A stretch of DNA of 64,000 bases from an uncultured Veillonellaceae bacterium (GTDB lineage Bacteria; Bacillota; Negativicutes; JARBTT01), in assembly GCA_963805085.1 (NCBI GenBank), contig CAWDTA010000005.1, forward strand, positions 160,001-224,000, given 5' to 3'. Positions 63,817 to 64,000 of the stretch are shown one piece after another. The notes below the pieces were generated by a model. It ran no database searches. It was not told where the DNA came from and was given only the letters and a program-made list of their open reading frames with translations. Position 1 is the first letter of the stretch. The number at the start of each line of letters is the position of its first letter. Position numbers and translations under genes: made by a program.

Positions 63817-64000
63817 ATGTTATTAGTATTTGATATTGGTAATAGTAATATAGTATTAGGTGCATATAAAGATGATAAACTTCTCACGCATTGGCGTATT
63901 TCAACAGATCGTCAAAAAACTGGTGATGAGTATGGGATGTTAATCAACAATTTGTTTAACTTCCACGGCTTAAAAATGACAAATATTAAAGCAATTATTA
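63817..64000 (+). CDS. coaX: Type III pantothenate kinase, 5' part
   Basis: [15 protein letters not shown]...WRISTD..KT.DEYG after GGAGG; runs off the window edge. Confidence 0.92.
   Translation, partial: MLLVFDIGNSNIVLGAYKDDKLLTHWRISTDRQKTGDEYGMLINNLFNFHGLKMTNIKAII

Overview
AT-rich chromosomal backbone of an endospore-forming Firmicute. A Negativicutes/Selenomonadales-like organism is my inference from gene content and order. The window holds housekeeping genes (speD, fused purL, argS, rpoE, pyrG, mfd, hup, tilS, hpt, ftsH, birA, partial coaX) and sporulation genes (spo0F, fin, spoVT, yabM/N/P/Q, a SpoIID-family gene, divIC, spoIIE). It also has a Pho regulon split over four loci, a tRNA-Val(GAC), and about 23 kb of accessory genes between hup and spoIID-yabP. 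No transposase, integrase, prophage or CRISPR array was seen. The most interesting signals are non-coding: (1) three copies of a 125-160 bp rod-shaped repeat with conserved internal-loop motifs but exchanged stems, plus terminators resembling its ends; (2) a candidate ~110-nt sRNA behind a sporulation-type promoter, with mutually exclusive folds; (3) two distant secreted His-containing proteins sharing the same OmpR-type promoter architecture (TGTCAY repeats 10 bp upstream of a -10), one lying next to an uncharacterised two-component system; (4) an ANTAR-like attenuator before a DUF3100 transporter pair; and (5) a one-base frameshift splitting tilS. All calls come from reading the sequence; no searches or folding programs were run.
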